DNA from: a virus
Taxonomy: Duplodnaviria; Caudoviricetes
IMG/VR virus record: IMGVR_UViG_3300049197_000009
Span: 1 to 60,177 of that record
Strand: one strand, 5' to 3'
Length of the DNA stretch: 60,177 bases
Position numbers and translations under genes: made by a program. Every line of letters begins with the position of its first letter. The stretch's first letter is position 1. Shown piece by piece: positions 19,590-29,467 of the stretch. The notes beneath the pieces are model-generated. The model searched no databases. It worked only from the letters and a program-made list of their open reading frames with translations, and was not told the DNA's origin.

Positions 19590-20055
19590 TTGGCTGGTCG
19601 GCTCTGTGGCGGCCGTTACGCTGGCCGGCGCGGCACTGTGGGAGGGCAAGCGCAACGATCCTCACATTCCAGTGCCAGGCGACCGCCTGACCGTTTGTTA
19701 CGGCGAAACCAACGTCGAGATGCGGCACTACAGCAACGCCGAGTGCCTGGCTATGCTGAAGACATCCCTGGTCGAATACGGCAATGGCGTGCTCTCGTGC
19801 GTCAACGTGCCGATCAACGAGAACCAGCACGCAGCCTACACGCTATTCGCTTACAACTTGGGCGTGTCGACGTTTTGCAAGTCGATGTCCGTACGTATGC
19901 TCAATGCAGGCCGCGCCGAGGAATCGTGCAAGTGGCTGGCCATCGACCTCAATACCGGACGCCCGAACTATTCCACCTCGGGCGGCGTGTACTACCGTGG
20001 CCTGCAAAACCGCCGCATCTACGAGCGCGATCTGTGCTTGAAAGGGCTGAAATGA
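19570..20055 (+). CDS. GH24 lysozyme endolysin, probably SAR-type
   Basis: WEG...TVCYGET, FAYNLG, GL.NRR..E; hydrophobic N-terminus. Confidence 0.9.
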   Translation: MATARNNWLVGSVAAVTLAGAALWEGKRNDPHIPVPGDRLTVCYGETNVEMRHYSNAECLAMLKTSLVEYGNGVLSCVNVPINENQHAAYTLFAYNLGVSTFCKSMSVRMLNAGRAEESCKWLAIDLNTGRPNYSTSGGVYYRGLQNRRIYERDLCLKGLK

Positions 20056-20408
20056 ATCCGACTGCAATCTTCGCAGCAATCATCCTGTGGGGCGCGAGCA
20101 TCGCCGGAACATTCTTCTATGGCCAAGGCGTAGGCAAAGACGGCGAGATCGCCAAGCAGGCCCAAATTGAGAAAGCCATCACAGACACGCGCGAAGCCGC
20201 GCGCCTAGGAGCAGCAGATGAAATCGCAAAAATCAAAGTGCGGCACACAACAGTGCAGGGCAAAGTCGAAACTGTCATTCGTGACAATCCTGTTTATCGG
20301 GACTGCTTGCATAGCCCTGACAGCGTGCGCCTCATTAACGAAGCCCTCACCGGCAGGGGTGGACCCGCAAGTGGTGGCGAGTTGCCCGGAGTTGTCGCCC
20401 CTAAGTGA
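20052..20408 (+). CDS. i-spanin (Rz-like)
   Basis: N-terminal TM, coiled coil, PVYRDC; ATGA overlap with endolysin. Confidence 0.8.
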   Translation: MNPTAIFAAIILWGASIAGTFFYGQGVGKDGEIAKQAQIEKAITDTREAARLGAADEIAKIKVRHTTVQGKVETVIRDNPVYRDCLHSPDSVRLINEALTGRGGPASGGELPGVVAPK

Positions 20409-20508
20409 TGCCTCGTTCGGCGCCACAACGTCGAAGTTGGTCGAGGTGGCTGGCATCTACCGAGTCTGTCGCACGGCGGCGCTCGCCGAGAAGAAGTCAG
20501 CGAAGTGA
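20218..20508 (+). CDS. o-spanin lipoprotein (Rz1-like), overlapping Rz
   Basis: Lipobox LTAC; CPEL and Y..C motifs; different frame from Rz. Confidence 0.75.
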   Translation: MKSQKSKCGTQQCRAKSKLSFVTILFIGTACIALTACASLTKPSPAGVDPQVVASCPELSPLSDASFGATTSKLVEVAGIYRVCRTAALAEKKSAK

Positions 20509-20515
20509 TCGCGCC

Positions 20516-20938
20516 ATGACAACCATCGTCGCAAATCGCAAAGGCATGGCCGCCGACCGGCGCGGGACTAGCAATCCCGTCTTCAAGATGACGAAGCTAT
20601 TTCGCGTCAACGGGTCGATCATCGGCATCACCGGAAACGTTGAGCAAGCCCTGCGCTTTGTCGAGTGGCGGCGCACGCCTGAGGGTAAGCCCACATTCAA
20701 CGAGGCGTCGAACATCGAAGTCCTCGAACTGACGGCAGACGGTCGAATAATCTACTGGGGAGCGGAAATGGTCGGCATACCGATTGAGAACGAGTTCTAC
20801 GCGCTTGGAACTGGCGCTATGGCGGCAATGGGCGCGATGAGCATGGGTGCGTCACCGAAGCGCGCCGTGGCCGTGGCGGCGCTGTGGGATGCTGCTACCG
20901 GCCCTGATGTGCAGGTTATGACGCTGGGCGGCAAATGA
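20516..20938 (+). CDS. Ntn-hydrolase, proteasome beta/HslV-like peptidase
   Basis: MTTIVA...AAD (Thr nucleophile), K, IG.TG, ALGTG...AMGAM. Confidence 0.75.
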   Translation: MTTIVANRKGMAADRRGTSNPVFKMTKLFRVNGSIIGITGNVEQALRFVEWRRTPEGKPTFNEASNIEVLELTADGRIIYWGAEMVGIPIENEFYALGTGAMAAMGAMSMGASPKRAVAVAALWDAATGPDVQVMTLGGK

Positions 20939-22131
20939 AGCCACCGACACACATAGACCCGCGCCTTGAGGAATGGGCGACGCCGACCCAGCTGAAGTAT
21001 ATCGCCGCCATCCGCGAGCATGGAAGTGGGCAGAAGGCAGCAAGGGCGCTCGGGCTTGCCAGTAATGCGGTTAATGGTGCAATCGAGCGCTTGAGGCGCG
21101 AAGCGGCGCGACATGGGTATTCGCCTGATCATGCAATGACCCGCACCGTGCCGGATGGGTACATCGTTAAAGGCGTATCCACCTATTACGACAAGGAAGG
21201 CAAGCCATCGGCGCAATGGGTCAAGAGCGCAGTTGATACTGAGCGCCAGCGGGAGATAATGCAGGCGGCGTTTGCGGCGATGTCCGAGGAATTACCGCGC
21301 GTTGAGCCTATCGCCGCGCCAGCCATCACTAACGAAAGTCTTGCTAACCTTTACACTTTGACCGACAGCCATGTTGGTATGCTAGCAAGTAAGTCCGAGA
21401 ATCTAGACCCTGACGGAAGTTGGGATTTGCGCATTGCCGAGCGCGTACTTGCCGGATGCTTCGAGCACATGGTTGATTCGTCGCCAGCCGCGCGCGTCGG
21501 GATAGTGGCGCAGCTAGGTGACTGGATGCACAGTGATGGCATGGGCATGATTTCAGGCGTCACACCCACGTCAGGCCATATGCTCGACCAAGACGGGCGC
21601 TTCCCAAAGGTCGTCAAGGCCGCCATACGCATCCTGCGCCGCGTCGTTGACTACGCCCTCACCAAGCACGAGGTGGTGATTGTCCTGATGGCGGAAGGGA
21701 ATCACGACATGGCGTCTAGCGTTTGGCTGCGCGCCATGTTCCAGGCGCTCTACGAGAACGAGCCGCGCGTACAGGTGATCGACTCCGATCTGCCGTACTA
21801 CGTCTACCAGCACGGCCAAACGATGCTCGCTTGGCACCATGGCCACCTGTCGAAAAATGGGCAGCTACCCATCCTGTTCGCTTCGCAGTTCCCGAAGGTG
21901 TGGGGCGAAACGACCAAGCGGTACGCCCACACCGGCCATCGCCACCACGTTGAGGAGAAGGAACATTCCGGCATGAAGGTGATCCAGCATAGCACCTTGG
22001 CTTCGCGTGATGCCTACGCTTCGCGCGGCGGCTGGATGAGTGAGCGAGAATGCACGTCGATCACATATCACCGACTGTACGGGCAGGTCGCACGCAATAC
22101 GGTAACACCTGAAATGCTGGCCGCCGCATGA
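20935..22131 (+). CDS. HTH + calcineurin-like metallophosphoesterase
   Basis: DSHVG, GDWMH, GNHD, HHGH and GHRH motifs; N-terminal AARALG HTH. Confidence 0.85.
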   Translation: MKPPTHIDPRLEEWATPTQLKYIAAIREHGSGQKAARALGLASNAVNGAIERLRREAARHGYSPDHAMTRTVPDGYIVKGVSTYYDKEGKPSAQWVKSAVDTERQREIMQAAFAAMSEELPRVEPIAAPAITNESLANLYTLTDSHVGMLASKSENLDPDGSWDLRIAERVLAGCFEHMVDSSPAARVGIVAQLGDWMHSDGMGMISGVTPTSGHMLDQDGRFPKVVKAAIRILRRVVDYALTKHEVVIVLMAEGNHDMASSVWLRAMFQALYENEPRVQVIDSDLPYYVYQHGQTMLAWHHGHLSKNGQLPILFASQFPKVWGETTKRYAHTGHRHHVEEKEHSGMKVIQHSTLASRDAYASRGGWMSERECTSITYHRLYGQVARNTVTPEMLAAA

Positions 22132-22322
22132 CCATCCAACCACGCCGCCAATGCTCCTGTGGCCTCATGCCCATCGTAGAGCGCCGCAAGACACCGTTTG
22201 CCACCTCGGTGCAGGTCAAGTGCCGCTGCGGCCGCCACGGGGCTGCAATCCTCTACACAAAGCCGAAAGACGAGGCGTGGGCGGTTAGCTGCGCTGTGGA
22301 TGGCTGGGACTTGGACCTGTAG
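22128..22322 (+). CDS. Small Cys-rich (Zn-ribbon-like) protein
   Basis: CSCG...CRCG; ATGA coupling. Confidence 0.55.
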   Translation: MTIQPRRQCSCGLMPIVERRKTPFATSVQVKCRCGRHGAAILYTKPKDEAWAVSCAVDGWDLDL

Positions 22323-22384
22323 TGTTCATGTTTCATGAACGTCGGCTAAACTTGAACGGCTGGGGCTTTAAATCTATTGGCGCT

Positions 22385-22618
22385 CTAAGTCGCTGAGCCT
22401 GGCCGCACTTCCGCAATCGACCTTCCAAACCGCCGTTTGTACTCGTCAAAATAGATGCCCGAGCTATCGCCCCATTCAATGACCTCGTTGATCTGCTTCA
22501 TTAAGTGATCATCGCTCATCGCCATTGCGCCACGCACAGCTTTGGCGCGAGAGATTACCGCCAGAACCACGATGCCGATCATTATCAGAGCGGCCAATGC
22601 AATTTTCAATTCGATCAT
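22385..22618 (-). CDS. Small membrane protein (moron)
   Basis: N-terminal TM; SD GAGG; AT-rich upstream. Confidence 0.55.
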   Translation of the reverse strand: MIELKIALAALIMIGIVVLAVISRAKAVRGAMAMSDDHLMKQINEVIEWGDSSGIYFDEYKRRFGRSIAEVRPGSAT

Positions 22619-22709
22619 ACGGCACCTCGTAATTTAGTTATTTATCAATGTTAGCCGTCTGCTTGGCAAATTGGTAGCTATTTGTTCAATTCCAGCATTT
22701 GGCGCTACA

Positions 22710-22725
22710 CTGTTCGCATGTACAG
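22710..22725. promoter_or_regulatory. LexA (SOS) box overlapping promoter and start codon
   Basis: CTGTTCGCATGTACAG = CTGT-N8-ACAG; TTGTTC-18-TACACT upstream. Confidence 0.75.
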
Positions 22726-23017
22726 TGTCAAACAACTTCGCCGCCACGGCGCGCGCCTCAGCGACCGTCAAATCCACTCCGAGCCAGCCGTCGCCAGCCA
22801 CCTCACCATGGCAATGGTCGGCAGCGCCTACGAACTCAAGCTGCACGCCGAGAACGACGGTTCGAGCCGGGAGCCGCTCATCCCAATCCTCTACGATGCC
22901 CGCCTGATATCCATGCACGGCGACAAGATGCTGTTTCGTGGCTTGGAGCGGCGTGGCGGACAGGATGAGGCAACCTGGTTGCAGGAATGGTCGGTGAAGG
23001 TTTCAAGTGACAAGTAA
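22718..23017 (+). CDS. SOS-regulated hypothetical protein
   Basis: ATG lies inside the LexA box; 99 aa ending WLQEW. Confidence 0.65.
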   Translation: MYSVKQLRRHGARLSDRQIHSEPAVASHLTMAMVGSAYELKLHAENDGSSREPLIPILYDARLISMHGDKMLFRGLERRGGQDEATWLQEWSVKVSSDK

Positions 23018-23026
23018 CAACACTCA

Positions 23027-23246
23027 AAACTTTGGCGAAATTTTGGCGAAAACTCAGCCGCCACTAGACCACCACACACCATGCAAATCTTCTAACTTGT
23101 TGATTTTGCTAGGTCTGTAGTGGTCTGTGGTGCCGTTGGATGGTGCGGGGCCTCGGAATCGAACTAAGTCATCACTTCGAAGTAGCCCTACTGTCCATTG
23201 ACGATTGATCCTGAGTCCTGAAACTTTGGCGAAATTTTGGCGAAAA
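23027..23246. mobile_element. attP: arm-type repeats, IHF site and tRNA-derived core
   Basis: Identical 26-bp AAACTTTGGCGAAATTTTGGCGAAAA at 23027 and 23221; IHF consensus (rc AATCAACAAGTTA) 23093-23105; core 23141-23164 rc = GTTCGATTCCGAGGCCCCGCACCA. Confidence 0.85.
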
Positions 23247-24411
23247 ATGCAGCCGACTGCGCCCGCGTCTTCTCGTCGCTACCCTGCTCGATCCATCGTC
23301 CGTAATGCCGATTCAGCATCTCGGTATTCTTGTGGCCCATTTGCTTTGCAACGTACAAAGCATTCTCCCCCGCGCTCAAAAGCGTGCTCGCGAAGGTGTG
23401 GCGCGTTTGGTACGGATTGCGATACCGGACCTTTGCTTTGCGCAGGATTATCACCCAGCGTTGCCGCATCGCCTTATCAGTACTCCACTCCGCATCTGTT
23501 CCAGGATCATGGAACACGACTCCACCGGCCAGCGCCGTAAATTGCTGCTGCGCCTTCAATGCATCATATGCCGCCTGCCGCATATCGATATTCCGATTGC
23601 CCGCTGCAGTCTTCGCCTCCTCCTTGATAACGCCGGCGACCTTGACGCGCTCAACCCGTATCTTCAGATTGAGCCAGTCGATAGACTCCCAGCGAAGCGC
23701 CATTAGCTCGCTCGGCCGCATGCCGGTTGCAAAGGCAAACTGGATTAGATTCTTCTTTTGACCATCGGCAACTTTTAGTATTGCATCTATCTCTTTCATG
23801 TCCAGCGGGTCTGGCTCGAAATCGCTTTTCCTCTGCTCCTTAGACATGATCTTGGTCAGTTTTACTCGGTCGAGCGGATTCGATTCAATGAGGTCATCGT
23901 TGACCGCCTGAACTAGGGCATTGCTAAGCGGCTGCAGCATGTTGCGGGCCGTCTTGATCTTGAACGTGAAAGTTCCGAGCCAGGCGCGAAGTAGGGGAGG
24001 GGTTAAATCCCGGATCGGCGTCTTATCCCATTGCTTGAACAGGTAGACTTCGCAGGCGATCCGATAGGTCTTGGCTGTCATTGGCGACAGCGTACGCTCA
24101 GCGATTCTCAGCTGCTCACGCAGAAGATCGCCAACTAAGACGCGAGACGGCGCTGCGCCGAACTTGCCCGCATTCTTGGAATTGGGAAAGTACTCGATGT
24201 ACTTAAACGTACCTTTTTCTATGGCGTTGAGGATTTCACCCCGCAGCCGTATCGCGTAATTGGTGTTCGACTTCGTATGCGCAAGTGATAGTGTCTCTCG
24301 GCACTCCATCCCTCGATACATGAACTTGATTCTTATCGATTCCGATTTGGCGCCCTTGGCCAGCTCTATGCCCGGCGATACTGTGCTCGTACTTCCCATT
24401 TTTCCACCCAT
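23188..24411 (-). CDS. int: Tyrosine integrase with N-terminal Arm-binding domain
   Basis: TGMRPSEL, YQTRHTFAS, QMGH and HY catalytic motifs. Confidence 0.95.
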   Translation of the reverse strand: MGGKMGSTSTVSPGIELAKGAKSESIRIKFMYRGMECRETLSLAHTKSNTNYAIRLRGEILNAIEKGTFKYIEYFPNSKNAGKFGAAPSRVLVGDLLREQLRIAERTLSPMTAKTYRIACEVYLFKQWDKTPIRDLTPPLLRAWLGTFTFKIKTARNMLQPLSNALVQAVNDDLIESNPLDRVKLTKIMSKEQRKSDFEPDPLDMKEIDAILKVADGQKKNLIQFAFATGMRPSELMALRWESIDWLNLKIRVERVKVAGVIKEEAKTAAGNRNIDMRQAAYDALKAQQQFTALAGGVVFHDPGTDAEWSTDKAMRQRWVIILRKAKVRYRNPYQTRHTFASTLLSAGENALYVAKQMGHKNTEMLNRHYGRWIEQGSDEKTRAQSAAFFAKISPKFQDSGSIVNGQ

Positions 24412-24575
24412 TTTTCGACTTCGTGGAGGTTGACCCATATCCTACCGTCAACCACTTTACACTGTTCGCCGTCCAGCCACTTGCCGGCCTTTCTGCGAGC
24501 GTTGACGGAATCGACGCTATCGCCCGACAGTTCGGCGTATTTTTCCACCTTTACCCATGATAGTGAATGCGTCAT
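24366..24575 (-). CDS. xis: Excisionase
   Basis: WV.VEKYAELSG...GKWLDG...GRIWVN; overlaps int start. Confidence 0.8.
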   Translation of the reverse strand: MTHSLSWVKVEKYAELSGDSVDSVNARRKAGKWLDGEQCKVVDGRIWVNLHEVEKWVEKWEVRAQYRRA

Positions 24576-25486
24576 TTCCTCTCCTTGCAATTGCAAATCT
24601 TCCCGAAGGCGGTTCCGGTGTCGCCGCAGATTCCGCAGCCATCGCCTATCTTTGCAGCTGGCCCAACATGACGAGATGGCGCAGCCCACAGCGATCTGAC
24701 TTCGAACTCGTCGGCGAGCGCGTGCACCCGATCTTCCTGTGCGTTTTTCAGCGACCACGACTCGCCAACCTTACGCCATTGCCAGCCAACCAGCTCTCCC
24801 CTCACTTCGACAACGGACGGCTGATGCAGCACACCCACCACCTCATCCGGCTCTTTCAGGACCGCAGCTGCGAGCGCGCCAAACTCAGCGCACCATCCCC
24901 ACTTGTCCAGGCCCTCGCGCAGGCGGCGCAGCTTGTCGGCGTCGGTGCTCATGCTGGCTGGCGTGGAAGGTGGGGCGGCACGGGCCGCTTCAAGTTCTGC
25001 TGTCAACTGTGCATTGGCTGCGCGCTCGGATGCCAGCGTGTTGACGGCCTCGGCGTTCTTCGCGGCTTCCTTCTGCACTTCCGTCAACTGCCCGCGCAGC
25101 GCGGCAACCAGCGACTTATAGGCTGACTCCTGCTTAGGATGCATGTCCGATGGTGCTACTACTGGCGACTGTGCAATAGCCCCCAGCCTTGCCGTGGCCG
25201 CACGATTCTTCTGTTGCTGCTCGGCCTGGTACGCTGGCGATGCGATCTGGCTCGTGCCGAATTGTGCTGCTGGCGACGGTGCGGCACGCCGGTTCCAGTC
25301 CGCGACCATAGTTGCGCGCTGCTCGGCGGTCGCCGGGACTACCAGCGTGTCTTCTTCGATGAAGATGCAACTATCGTCGTGGTCGCCTTGCAGCCGGTGC
25401 CAGTCGCGATTGCTGCTGATCCGCATGGCGCAGTTGCAAAACGGGCAGTTCGCAAGCTCGACGCTCTCTGTGGGGGATTGGTTCAT
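24572..25486 (-). CDS. Hypothetical protein with Lar-like N-terminus
   Basis: LANCPFC...WNRR motif. Confidence 0.55.
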   Translation of the reverse strand: MNQSPTESVELANCPFCNCAMRISSNRDWHRLQGDHDDSCIFIEEDTLVVPATAEQRATMVADWNRRAAPSPAAQFGTSQIASPAYQAEQQQKNRAATARLGAIAQSPVVAPSDMHPKQESAYKSLVAALRGQLTEVQKEAAKNAEAVNTLASERAANAQLTAELEAARAAPPSTPASMSTDADKLRRLREGLDKWGWCAEFGALAAAVLKEPDEVVGVLHQPSVVEVRGELVGWQWRKVGESWSLKNAQEDRVHALADEFEVRSLWAAPSRHVGPAAKIGDGCGICGDTGTAFGKICNCKERK

Positions 25487-26466
25487 GCTGGCTCCATTTC
25501 TTTCGTGCGCACGTAGGCTGCTGTGCTTTCCTCGGTCTTGGTCTGACGACGATATTCATCCCACGGCGTCTTCTTGTAGGTCCGCGTGATCACCCAGCGC
25601 TGAAAGCATTTCAGATCCTGGCGCTTGTCGTTGTAGACCATCGGGTATGGATCAATCCCAAGGGCCACCATCTTATTGAACCGCTGCCAGATTCGATCCC
25701 AATTTTCCAGCGGGTCGTAGCCGATCAGCATGTAAGCCATCAAGTTTGTCGGCGGGATGCCGGCCATCGCCAAGCGTTCAACGCCAGTGAAAAAGATCCT
25801 CTCGTCCTTTAGGTTGTCCCATGCCGTGTACAGGCGACGACGGGAAAATTTGGTGTCGCTATACTTGATCGTGGCGAGCGCCTGGGCCGCTTCGTCCGTG
25901 ATCAGGCGCGTGTTGATGCCTTGCGAGAAACACACCTTGAACCCGCCCTCGCGAATCTCGTCCACCACCGCGCGATAGTTCGGCTGGCCGAAGAAGTCGT
26001 TGTCCAGTAGATGGATGTGCCTTGGGTAGGGATCGCCACGCCAGATCTGTGCGATTGTGCCGGTCGAGCGGTTTTTGCCCTCCTTCTGTGGCACAACACA
26101 AAACTTGCACTTGAGGCGACAGCCCCGTTGCGTGAACCCGATAGACGCGTCGAACTTGTCATAGCCCTCATAATCGTAGAACTCGTAATCGCCGATAATC
26201 TGCTCGATGGTCGCAGCTCCGCCCGTGCCGGTGCCGCCTACGATCGCGCCGGGCCACTGGCGGAGGAAACGGTCAAGGCGCTCCCGGCTAAAGGAGAAGA
26301 TGCAGGAACCGTAGACAGCGTCGTATTGCGCATCCTCGAACAGGTCGCGTTCGATATGGCGGGTGATGTGCACGCTGTCGCCCTGGGCCTTGTGCCAGTG
26401 TGCGAGGCGCATCAGGGCGACGTTCGGCAGGGCACCGTCGATCTGCGTGATCCGCACGCGGCTCAT
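25483..26466 (-). CDS. Radical SAM protein
   Basis: RGCRLKCKFC (CxxxCxxC), LLDNDF, PNVALM. Confidence 0.9.
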   Translation of the reverse strand: MSRVRITQIDGALPNVALMRLAHWHKAQGDSVHITRHIERDLFEDAQYDAVYGSCIFSFSRERLDRFLRQWPGAIVGGTGTGGAATIEQIIGDYEFYDYEGYDKFDASIGFTQRGCRLKCKFCVVPQKEGKNRSTGTIAQIWRGDPYPRHIHLLDNDFFGQPNYRAVVDEIREGGFKVCFSQGINTRLITDEAAQALATIKYSDTKFSRRRLYTAWDNLKDERIFFTGVERLAMAGIPPTNLMAYMLIGYDPLENWDRIWQRFNKMVALGIDPYPMVYNDKRQDLKCFQRWVITRTYKKTPWDEYRRQTKTEESTAAYVRTKEMEPA

Positions 26467-26789
26467 GGCTTTTCCCCAGTAGTGCCGAATAAGTCGCCCG
26501 TCTTGTCATCCTTAACCGGCACCGGCTTGCCTTCTTCGACGTAGGCGGTGCAGCACGGTGCGCCGTTCTTGTCGTAGGTCCATTCGGCCGGATATTCAGG
26601 ATCATCGACGTTGTACAGGTAGGTTTTGCCGATGATTTCGCACACGCGGTTGTCGTCGCATTCCTCCAGCGGCAGGCCCTTGAGCATGCCGTGGTCACGC
26701 TCGCAGGTGCCGCACCAGTCGGCAACGAAGCATTCGCCCTCTGACCCGTTGCTAGGCCGGTAGCGCTTGATTGGGATGGCGCCGCTCAC
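26463..26789 (-). CDS. Cys-rich hypothetical protein (paralog of 45888-46250)
   Basis: YRPSNGSEG..WCxxC..C..C; ATGA coupling to radical SAM gene. Confidence 0.75.
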   Translation of the reverse strand: MSGAIPIKRYRPSNGSEGECFVADWCGTCERDHGMLKGLPLEECDDNRVCEIIGKTYLYNVDDPEYPAEWTYDKNGAPCCTAYVEEGKPVPVKDDKTGDLFGTTGEKP

Positions 26790-28186
26790 GTCGCCTCCTT
26801 CAGCGATGCGGCAACCAGGGCGGCAATATCGTCGTAGCGCACGAACTGCCCGGCGCTGAGATTCAGCACGAGCGATCCCATGTCCAGGCTATAGCGGTTC
26901 AGGCCGGTGATGACATAGGGCAGGTTGAAACGCCCCTGCTCGGGCGGTGCTGGCTGTGCTTGGGTGGTCTTGAGGGCGCGGATCGAGTCGGCACCACGAA
27001 TGCACTCGTCCTGCTCGGCCATATGCCCCACGGCGAAGTGTTGCCCGGCACGTTCAACCATGCAACGGGCCGCTTCTTCCAGCGCCGCATTGCGCGCAGC
27101 CGCATTAAATTCACCCACAAGGCGGTCGCGGGCTTTTCGTGCGTCGGTCAGCAAGTCGAGTGGCGCGGCCTCTGGCTGGGAGGCTTGGTGAGCGGCGAGC
27201 GACATGGCGACGTTCGTTAATGCTTCGTGATCGGTCTTGCCTTCGCCCTTGTAGGACATGCCGGTCGAGTCTGTCAGAAGCCAGAACGTATGCGCCTCAC
27301 CATTTAGCCGGTAGTCGTTGTGCACGGCGACGGTCAGGCCCATGCCGCGCAACTCGACAAGCAGCGCAGTTGCATCGCTCGGCGTAGCTGGGGCGGCAGC
27401 AGGGCCATTGACCTCGCTGGCGATGGCGTTGACCTCTTTGGCGATGTCCAATGCCTCTCGCTGGAATTTCACCAAGCCGCGCAGCCTGGCGATTTCCACG
27501 TTCTTCGGCGCTACTTGAGCGGCAGTGTGGGCGTTGATGTGGGCAACGACATCATCGTGTCGTTCCTTGCGGCAGAAATCTGCTGCCATACGCATCAGAA
27601 GATTGCGAAACTCCGGTGTATCCACGCTCCCCACACTCGCTGCCACATCTATGGGTGCAGCCGGGGTGGCGTAGACGGGAATATACTTGGCGCTGCCTTC
27701 GTAGCCCATGGACCGACTCACATCCTTGATGGTTTTCAGTTCGGCTTCATCGCGGGCGAAATTTTGTGTCTGCACGCCGTCGATAAATTGGACGTAGCCA
27801 TATGGCTTCGCCGCTTCCGTCTTGCTATTGGCGAGGGTGCTGACGTGGGCGGCGAGCAGGTCGGCCTGATCTTTTGCAATCTCTTTCCAGTAATTAAGCT
27901 CATCGGGGATCGCCTCTGCTGCCAGTACAGGGGCGGTGGGGGTGGCTAAAAGCTTGATAAGTTCAGCAAATGCCTCGTTGCGCAAAACAACATCGTTCTC
28001 CCCCATCCAATGGCGTACTTTGCCTTCCACATCACCCGTCTCCTTGCTGGCGAGGGCGATGGCAGAGAGGGCGTAGCCTTGAAGTTGTTCGTCGCTATGG
28101 CCGATAAATTCTTCAACACCATTGTTCAGGTACTTGACGACATCTTTCTTAGGCAGCGGTGGCAATACTGGATTGGTGATGTTCAT
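26786..28186 (-). CDS. Mosaic hypothetical protein
   Basis: Long ORF coupled to neighbours. Confidence 0.6.
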   Translation of the reverse strand: MNITNPVLPPLPKKDVVKYLNNGVEEFIGHSDEQLQGYALSAIALASKETGDVEGKVRHWMGENDVVLRNEAFAELIKLLATPTAPVLAAEAIPDELNYWKEIAKDQADLLAAHVSTLANSKTEAAKPYGYVQFIDGVQTQNFARDEAELKTIKDVSRSMGYEGSAKYIPVYATPAAPIDVAASVGSVDTPEFRNLLMRMAADFCRKERHDDVVAHINAHTAAQVAPKNVEIARLRGLVKFQREALDIAKEVNAIASEVNGPAAAPATPSDATALLVELRGMGLTVAVHNDYRLNGEAHTFWLLTDSTGMSYKGEGKTDHEALTNVAMSLAAHQASQPEAAPLDLLTDARKARDRLVGEFNAAARNAALEEAARCMVERAGQHFAVGHMAEQDECIRGADSIRALKTTQAQPAPPEQGRFNLPYVITGLNRYSLDMGSLVLNLSAGQFVRYDDIAALVAASLKEAT

Positions 28187-28485
28187 TGGGTGTTCCTTTG
28201 GGCTGATTTCAAGTCTGCAAGTTCGGCTTTCACAAGCGCCAGTTCCGCCTCGGTCGATTTCCACTTGGAGATAAATTCGCGGGTGGTCAGCACCATCGCG
28301 TCGATGTGGTGGCGCTTGTCGCGGATCATGCCGTCGTAGGCGCACAGTTCGCGCTGCCAAGCGTTGGCGTACATATCAGCATCGCGGTTCGCCGCTATCA
28401 CCAACTTCTTCTGGCGCTCGATTTCCTGCCGCAGCAAGCTCATGTCTGCCATTGCCGCCTGCTCGACCCTCTCGAAGGCGCTCAT
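28183..28485 (-). CDS. Hypothetical coiled-coil protein
   Basis: ATGA overlaps on both sides. Confidence 0.6.
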   Translation of the reverse strand: MSAFERVEQAAMADMSLLRQEIERQKKLVIAANRDADMYANAWQRELCAYDGMIRDKRHHIDAMVLTTREFISKWKSTEAELALVKAELADLKSAQRNTQ

Positions 28486-28961
28486 GGCTGCCCTTTCCTT
28501 GCCAGCGCGGCGCGAAGGTCGGCGATTTCGGCCTGCATTTCCTCGATCTGATATGCAGGCTGTAACCACTTGAAATCCAATTCCGGCAACTGTTTTCTTA
28601 CGCGCTCCTGCCATGTCGGCACATCGGCTTGCTCGGTAGCGGGGTAGGTGTAGAGTGGAACTGACGTTACAGGGAATGTCTTGCTGTAGTCGCGCCCTGG
28701 GATGCCGAAGGGTTTCTGCTTGCTGAATGTCAGGGCTAAGCGCGGCTCGTTGCCCTTGATGCCCTCCGTGTTGTCCATTGTATGCAGCCACGCCACCGCC
28801 TCCGATACTTGGGCTGCTGGCCTGGCGTTCCAGGCGGCTTGGAAGCCCTTCTGGAATGCGATGCGGTCTGCCTTGGCGCGCTCAAGGATGGACGTGTGCG
28901 GACTATCCGGCGTCGGGTAGGCTTCGTCCATTGCGGCGCGCATTGCGGTCAGGTCGGTCAT
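28482..28961 (-). CDS. Hypothetical protein
   Basis: Coupled ORF in leftward operon. Confidence 0.6.
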   Translation of the reverse strand: MTDLTAMRAAMDEAYPTPDSPHTSILERAKADRIAFQKGFQAAWNARPAAQVSEAVAWLHTMDNTEGIKGNEPRLALTFSKQKPFGIPGRDYSKTFPVTSVPLYTYPATEQADVPTWQERVRKQLPELDFKWLQPAYQIEEMQAEIADLRAALARKGQP

Positions 28962-29467
28962 GGGGATTCCTTTGGTGCAAATGGGTGGTACTTCTTTACA
29001 GCCTCTTTGCGAGCGGCAATCGCGTCGTTAATGTCGTCAAACGTACCAACCTGGATCTGCTTCATGCGAACCGCAATTCGGGCCACCCATTTCCTACTTT
29101 TCTTACTCCAAATAACCCCAACATGACCCGACCAGTACGGCCCGTTAAGCCGACGATTTTGCATATTTTCCGAGGCGTCAGCTTCCCGTAAATTCTCAAT
29201 TCGATTGTCATTCCTCACATGATTTATGTGGTCAAGCGAAGTTTTTGGATAAGTCCCATATACATGCAGCCAAATCAGACGATGCGCTAAATGATCCCCG
29301 CCCAGAATCACGATTTTTATGTACCCATGGCTGGTAATTGAACCTGCCAAACTGCCCTTCTTTACTCTTCCATGACCATCGCGATAGCGCAGCCCGCCCG
29401 CCACAGCGTCATAATCGAAAATTGATCTAACTTCATCGCAGGTGAGAATAACTTTAGCCATTGCCAC
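28958..29467 (-). CDS. HNH endonuclease with AP2-like domain (homing type)
   Basis: AHRLIW, DHINHVRNDNRIENLR, GV.W...KW.ARI; low GC. Confidence 0.9.
   Translation of the reverse strand: MAMAKVILTCDEVRSIFDYDAVAGGLRYRDGHGRVKKGSLAGSITSHGYIKIVILGGDHLAHRLIWLHVYGTYPKTSLDHINHVRNDNRIENLREADASENMQNRRLNGPYWSGHVGVIWSKKSRKWVARIAVRMKQIQVGTFDDINDAIAARKEAVKKYHPFAPKESP

Noticed and set aside
19590-20051. 272-aa ORF overlapping the endolysin
   Set aside because: Off-frame extension of the i-spanin, whose TM start is at 20052
23141-23164. Second tRNA gene
   Set aside because: Only T-loop to CCA is present; it is the attP core
23027-23246. CRISPR repeats
   Set aside because: Only two copies about 170 bp apart with internal tandem structure; fit integrase arm sites; no cas genes
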